Part shown: in pieces, positions 59,956 through 64,000 of the stretch
How the letters are laid out: each line of letters starts with the position of its first letter
Numbering within the stretch: the stretch's first letter is position 1
From: a virus
Lineage: Duplodnaviria; Caudoviricetes
Virus record (IMG/VR): IMGVR_UViG_3300011013_000010
Span: 1,778-65,777 of that record
DNA length: 64,000 nt
Direction: 5' to 3' (one strand)
Made by a program: the position numbers and the translations under genes
The notes under the pieces: generated by a model
Seen by the model: the letters and a program-made list of their open reading frames with translations, nothing else
Told to the model about the DNA's origin: nothing
The model's database searches: none

Positions 59956-60187
59956 CAATGAACGTTCAGTTTATAATATCAAGAAAGGTGATTTAGTCGT
60001 ACCTATTACACGTAGTTTAACTCGTAATCATAAAGGCGGACTTGGTGTTGTTTTAGAAGAGCCTCAAGTAGTTAGTCGTTCCCAAGGGGTAGTGATGAGT
60101 TATCTTATCTATTGGCAACAAACAAGAAAAACAGCTGTTTGGGAGTTAGCTCACGGATATCTCAAACGTGTTGACAAGAAGTCTTGA
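59948..60187 (+). CDS. Small SH3/KOW-like hypothetical
   Basis: IKKGDLV..GLGVVL..YLIYW. Confidence 0.55.
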
Positions 60188-60212
60188 CAAAATCAAAATG
60201 ATCTGTTATAAT
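60184..60212 (+). promoter_or_regulatory. Consensus sigma70 promoter with AATGATCT spacer
   Basis: TTGACA-17-TATAAT. Confidence 0.85.
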
Positions 60213-60219
60213 GTTCAAA

Positions 60220-60546
60220 ATGAAATCAGAAATCACAAAAGGTGCTCTCTATCTGTTTGATGATGCTTTTCGAGCACGGCGTGCGACGGAGATGGGGACG
60301 GCGATGGGGACGGCGATGGGGACGGCGATGGCGATGGCGACGGGGATGGTGACGGTGACGGGGATGGAGACGGTCTACCTCATAAAACATAAAGCATTTG
60401 AAAACGGTCTAGCGGTCTTAGGCGAAATCACTAAACATCCAGAAAATTCAACGTGGGATGCCTGTCAGCTATTGTTTAACAACAAAAATGGCATTAGATA
60501 TGTCTACCGTTGTGAGCTTGAGAGAGCAGAAAAAGTCAACAAATAA
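60220..60546 (+). CDS. Variable-centre paralog family, copy 7
   Basis: Same blocks; GGNGAY array 60283-60374. Confidence 0.75.
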   Translation: MKSEITKGALYLFDDAFRARRATEMGTAMGTAMGTAMAMATGMVTVTGMETVYLIKHKAFENGLAVLGEITKHPENSTWDACQLLFNNKNGIRYVYRCELERAEKVNK

Positions 60547-60599
60547 AGTTGGCACAAAATAAACACTAAACTGACTAAACAAGTCAAGAAAGATAAGTA

Positions 60600-60803
60600 A
60601 TGCGTGTTAATATTGTTGGAACCTTAGGTATTGTCGCTTTTGTAATCTTCTCTATTCTCGCTGTGTTTGCAGCATTTGAAACTAGCGCTTGTCAAGAAGC
60701 TGCTAAGGCAGAGTGTGTGATGAAGAAGTATATCCCATCGGAGTGTAAAGCGCATCGTGAAAACCAGTGTGGTCCTGAAGACTCGGTGGTTTACGTTTAC
60801 TAA
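60600..60803 (+). CDS. Small membrane/exported Cys-containing protein
   Basis: N-terminal hydrophobic helix, four Cys. Confidence 0.55.
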   Translation: MRVNIVGTLGIVAFVIFSILAVFAAFETSACQEAAKAECVMKKYIPSECKAHRENQCGPEDSVVYVY

Positions 60804-60806
60804 GTT

Positions 60807-60938
60807 ATGGAACTTTTAGAACATCTTTCAGTGTTGCTTATCATTTACTTTATGACTGAGGGAATGCACTATTATTGGTATGGTAGTACGATGATCAAAT
60901 ATATTGTGAAAAGTATTTTCAAAAAACATAACCCCTAA
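60807..60938 (+). CDS. 43-aa hydrophobic peptide
   Basis: MELLEHLSVLLIIYF..., fills gap to next promoter. Confidence 0.4.
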   Translation: MELLEHLSVLLIIYFMTEGMHYYWYGSTMIKYIVKSIFKKHNP

Positions 60939-60940
60939 GC

Positions 60941-60969
60941 TTGACAGAATCAAAATGATCTGTTATAAT
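60941..60969 (+). promoter_or_regulatory. Consensus sigma70 promoter with AATGATCT spacer
   Basis: TTGACA-17-TATAAT. Confidence 0.85.
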
Positions 60970-61016
60970 ATCTCCAGAACGATTTCTTAAATCAAAAATG
61001 AAAAGGAAAAAAACAA

Positions 61017-62222
61017 ATGTCTTCACCTGTTCTTGCAGTAGATTTTCCAACTTTTAAAAAGTATGCTCTACCCATTGCGATGGAGGGTTTCCCGGTAATG
61101 ATTCGTGGTAATCACGGCATTGGTAAATCTCAAAGTGTTTATCAGCTTGTTGATGAACTTGGTTACGATGAAAAGACCAATAAGGTTAAATACTTCAGCG
61201 AACAAAAGGGCTTGGTACCTTACACTGTCGTTGAACGTCGAGTTTCTCAAATGACTGAGGGTGATCTTTTGGGCATCCCAGACCCTGAAGGATTTGACGT
61301 CAATGGAAAGCAGGCGAGCAAATTTCGCCCCTTCACTTGGCTTGTCAAGGCTTGTACTGAGCCAGTCATTCTCTTTCTTGACGAGCTTGATCGTGGCATT
61401 GCTGAGGTCCGCCAAGGCTTTTTTGAGCTTGCTGACTCTCGCAAGATCGCTGGCTGGGAACTTCATCCTGGTACTCTAATCTTCTCTGCTATCAATGGCG
61501 GCGGCGAATACGCCCATCGCTATCAAGTTAACGAACTTGGTCTTGCAGAGGCTGATCGCTGGGCAACCTTTGATCTTCGCCCGTCAGTTGAAGATTGGTT
61601 GAATTGGGGTAAGATTGAGAAAAACGGTTCAACCAACGTGAACCATTTGATTTTGGAATTCATTCAAGTCAATCATTCTCACCTTGAACACGATGGTGAC
61701 GTTGAGCCAGGCGCAAAACTTCCTTCTCGACGTTCTTGGAAGCGATTGAATGACTGTTTGGTTCAACGTGGAGTTTTGGAACAGAAGGGTATCGATCCTC
61801 AAGCAATCCGTTTTATGGGTGATGCCTTTGTTGGTATTGAAGCAGCTGGCGAGTTTGCCGATTTTGTTGCAAACTATAAGTTTCAGGTTTCGCCTGAAGA
61901 TATTATCGATGAGGGAAAATGGAAAGAAACTAAGGGCTGGACTATGAATCAGCATCTTTCTTTGGCTGATAAAATGGAGCGAAACAAAAGCTTTGCAACT
62001 GTCCTTGAGGGCGACCGCCTAGAAAACTTTTGTCGCTGGTTTATCACTCTCCCTTCAGAAGTCGCTATGAAAGTGTTCAACGCTTTGGCTGATGGTCCTC
62101 AAGAGAATACGATTAACGTCCATAGCTTCGTTGTTAAGCCTGAAAAGGGTAGCAGAGCTAAGAAAAAGAGTGTCTCTGACTTTATCTGCACTTTGCTCAC
62201 TGGCACTGACACTGAGCATTAA
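61017..62222 (+). CDS. MoxR-like AAA+ ATPase
   Basis: GNHGIGKS, DLLGIP, LFLDELDR, SAIN, PSRRSW. Confidence 0.85.
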   Translation: MSSPVLAVDFPTFKKYALPIAMEGFPVMIRGNHGIGKSQSVYQLVDELGYDEKTNKVKYFSEQKGLVPYTVVERRVSQMTEGDLLGIPDPEGFDVNGKQASKFRPFTWLVKACTEPVILFLDELDRGIAEVRQGFFELADSRKIAGWELHPGTLIFSAINGGGEYAHRYQVNELGLAEADRWATFDLRPSVEDWLNWGKIEKNGSTNVNHLILEFIQVNHSHLEHDGDVEPGAKLPSRRSWKRLNDCLVQRGVLEQKGIDPQAIRFMGDAFVGIEAAGEFADFVANYKFQVSPEDIIDEGKWKETKGWTMNQHLSLADKMERNKSFATVLEGDRLENFCRWFITLPSEVAMKVFNALADGPQENTINVHSFVVKPEKGSRAKKKSVSDFICTLLTGTDTEH

Positions 62223-62243
62223 AAAATGACAAAATGAGAGATT

Positions 62244-62275
62244 AGGATGTTATGAAAATAGCATCCTTTTCTTTT
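62244..62275 (+). terminator. Intrinsic terminator
   Basis: AGGATGTTAT/ATAGCATCCT stem plus T tract. Confidence 0.7.
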
Positions 62276-62283
62276 GCTTTGTC

Positions 62284-62312
62284 TTGACAGAATTAAAATG
62301 ATCTGGTATAAT
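62284..62312 (+). promoter_or_regulatory. Consensus sigma70 promoter with AATGATCT spacer
   Basis: TTGACA-17-TATAAT. Confidence 0.85.
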
Positions 62313-62334
62313 GTTCCTAGCGAAAGGAAACGCA

Positions 62335-63567
62335 ATGTCTTGGAAAACTGATTTTGATCTCAACTTGCACACTCTTCACCTTTTGAGCGATGAGCCGTTT
62401 TGGAGCGCTCTGTCGCGAGAAATGACGAAGCGTGCTGATAAAACAATTAAAACGGCTGGAGTGCGGCTGAACAGCGAAACAGCACAATTTGAAATGCTGT
62501 ATGATCCTGATTTTTGGATGAGCCTCGATGTAAAAGACGGCGATAGTGATGAATTTAGCCGTCTCAAGCGAAAAGGCGATAAAACGCTTCTCTTGATGCA
62601 CGAATTCTATCATTGTATCTTTGGACACTGCACGTCTCGAACTCCTGAAGGCGGCATGACTAAAACTTGGAATATCGCTCAAGATCTTGCTATTAATGGA
62701 GAGCTTTTCAAAGGTGAAAACATTAACAAAGGAAAAGGCTCCCTATACAACATTGGAGTGTTTCCGGGTAAAAAGGATACAATATTTGCTGACTATCCTG
62801 TAGGTCTTACAGCTGAGGCATATTATAAAATGCTAAAAGAAGACTCAAAATACAACCCAGAAGATTTTGATGGTCCTATGGACAATCATCAGAATTTTGG
62901 CGATGTTGACGCTGAGACACAAATCGTAGCTGAACAACGATTGAAGAAAGCAATGAGCAATGCTGCTCAAAATGCAATGGGAAATGGCTGGGGTAGTATT
63001 AGCAAAAGTATGCAAAAAGAGATTCTTTCTTTGCTAAAGAGTACTATTAATTGGAAGAAAGTTCTTCGCTATTTTGTAAAAACTTCTCAACGTTCAAGCA
63101 AAAAGGGTAGCATTATGCGCGTCAATCGGCGCCATCCATATGTATTCCCAGGACGCAAAGCTAGTCGTTCTGCAAACGTTGCTATTGCAATTGATCAGTC
63201 TGGCTCTGTATCTGATGAACTATTGAATGCTTTTTTTAGTGAACTTAACGGTCTTGCTAGCGTAGCTAATTTTACAGTTATTCCTTTTGATCATAAGATT
63301 GATGAAACAAAAATCTTTCAATGGAAAAAGAATCAAAACATTAAGACTGAACGAGTAATGTGCGGTGGAACAAACTTTGATGCACCGACTGACTACGTCA
63401 ATCAAAAAGGTTGTTTTGATGGTCTGATTATCCTAACTGATATGTGTGCTCCAGCTCCCAAGAAATGCAATGTTCAACGTATGTGGGGAACTGATGAGCG
63501 CAATGCTGAACGACCATACTTCAGCACGTCAGAGCGTGTAATGGTTATTAAGACGAAAGATGATTAA
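62335..63567 (+). CDS. Metallopeptidase-vWA protein (DUF2201-like), MoxR partner
   Basis: HEFYH, WNIAQDLAIN, IDQSGS, GGTNF, ILTD. Confidence 0.85.
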   Translation: MSWKTDFDLNLHTLHLLSDEPFWSALSREMTKRADKTIKTAGVRLNSETAQFEMLYDPDFWMSLDVKDGDSDEFSRLKRKGDKTLLLMHEFYHCIFGHCTSRTPEGGMTKTWNIAQDLAINGELFKGENINKGKGSLYNIGVFPGKKDTIFADYPVGLTAEAYYKMLKEDSKYNPEDFDGPMDNHQNFGDVDAETQIVAEQRLKKAMSNAAQNAMGNGWGSISKSMQKEILSLLKSTINWKKVLRYFVKTSQRSSKKGSIMRVNRRHPYVFPGRKASRSANVAIAIDQSGSVSDELLNAFFSELNGLASVANFTVIPFDHKIDETKIFQWKKNQNIKTERVMCGGTNFDAPTDYVNQKGCFDGLIILTDMCAPAPKKCNVQRMWGTDERNAERPYFSTSERVMVIKTKDD

Positions 63568-63570
63568 GAA

Positions 63571-63681
63571 ATGACATTTTTTGGTATACACTTTTGTATG
63601 GACGAAGCAAGAGTTTTAATGATGTCTTTGCCTGTCCTCCCTGCATTTGCTATTTACTGTAAGGCAAAGTGGGGAGGATAG
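63571..63681 (+). CDS. 36-aa hydrophobic peptide
   Basis: MTFFGIHFCMDEARVL... Confidence 0.4.
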   Translation: MTFFGIHFCMDEARVLMMSLPVLPAFAIYCKAKWGG

Positions 63682-63995
63682 TTTTGGATCAAGCTGATGA
63701 AGCATTTAAATATGCTAACATTTGTTCACTAAAGTTATCCAAAATATGGGTTGGTCCCTTAACACGTCAAGAATGCCGTCAAGTTGAAGATCAAAGAATT
63801 CTTGCAATCATAGAAGCAAAAGCATTAAGAACACTTCAGGAGCCTGAACACTGGTCGACACTGTATAAGAATGGGAAAGACAAATGGAAAAGAAACGAAA
63901 CATTGAGAAAGGAGATCTCGTGGAAAGACTGCAAGGCAAAAAGGTCATTGATCTTGGAGTTGTTGCAGAAGTTTATGAAAGTCGTCACAAAGTGA
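63669..63995 (+). CDS. Hypothetical protein (start uncertain)
   Basis: 108-aa ORF from track. Confidence 0.45.
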   Translation: MGRIVLDQADEAFKYANICSLKLSKIWVGPLTRQECRQVEDQRILAIIEAKALRTLQEPEHWSTLYKNGKDKWKRNETLRKEISWKDCKAKRSLILELLQKFMKVVTK

Positions 63996-64000
63996 ACAAC

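Overview
A 64-kb piece of a large, AT-rich, lytic-type myovirus with T4-like genes; essentially all real genes are on the + strand. In order: neck/tail/baseplate module (1-14.6 kb); replication module (short PolA-family protein, MazG-like, tubulin/FtsZ-like, gp32-like SSB, RecA/UvsX, 5'-3' exonuclease, DnaB-like helicase, class II RNR); nucleotide and methylation genes (putative R-M cassette, ThyX, two more MTases, dUTPase, IMPDH/GMPR); a DnaE fractured into four ORFs (two split inteins plus one intein-free break, each break holding an endonuclease or its remnant); GroES/GroEL/ClpP and lysis genes; and an accessory region. That region holds a seven-member paralog family whose variable centres are GC-rich GGN-GAY repeats read out of the Gly-Asp frame, and whose halves are shuffled between copies. 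Two promoter classes are visible: sigma70-like TTGACA-N17-TANNNT, often with a conserved AATGATCT spacer, and a late-type CTA(T/G/C)TTA motif. A Cys-rich MopE-repeat/vWA lipoprotein hints at a Myxococcota-like host (inference). All calls come from reading motifs by eye; no searches were run.
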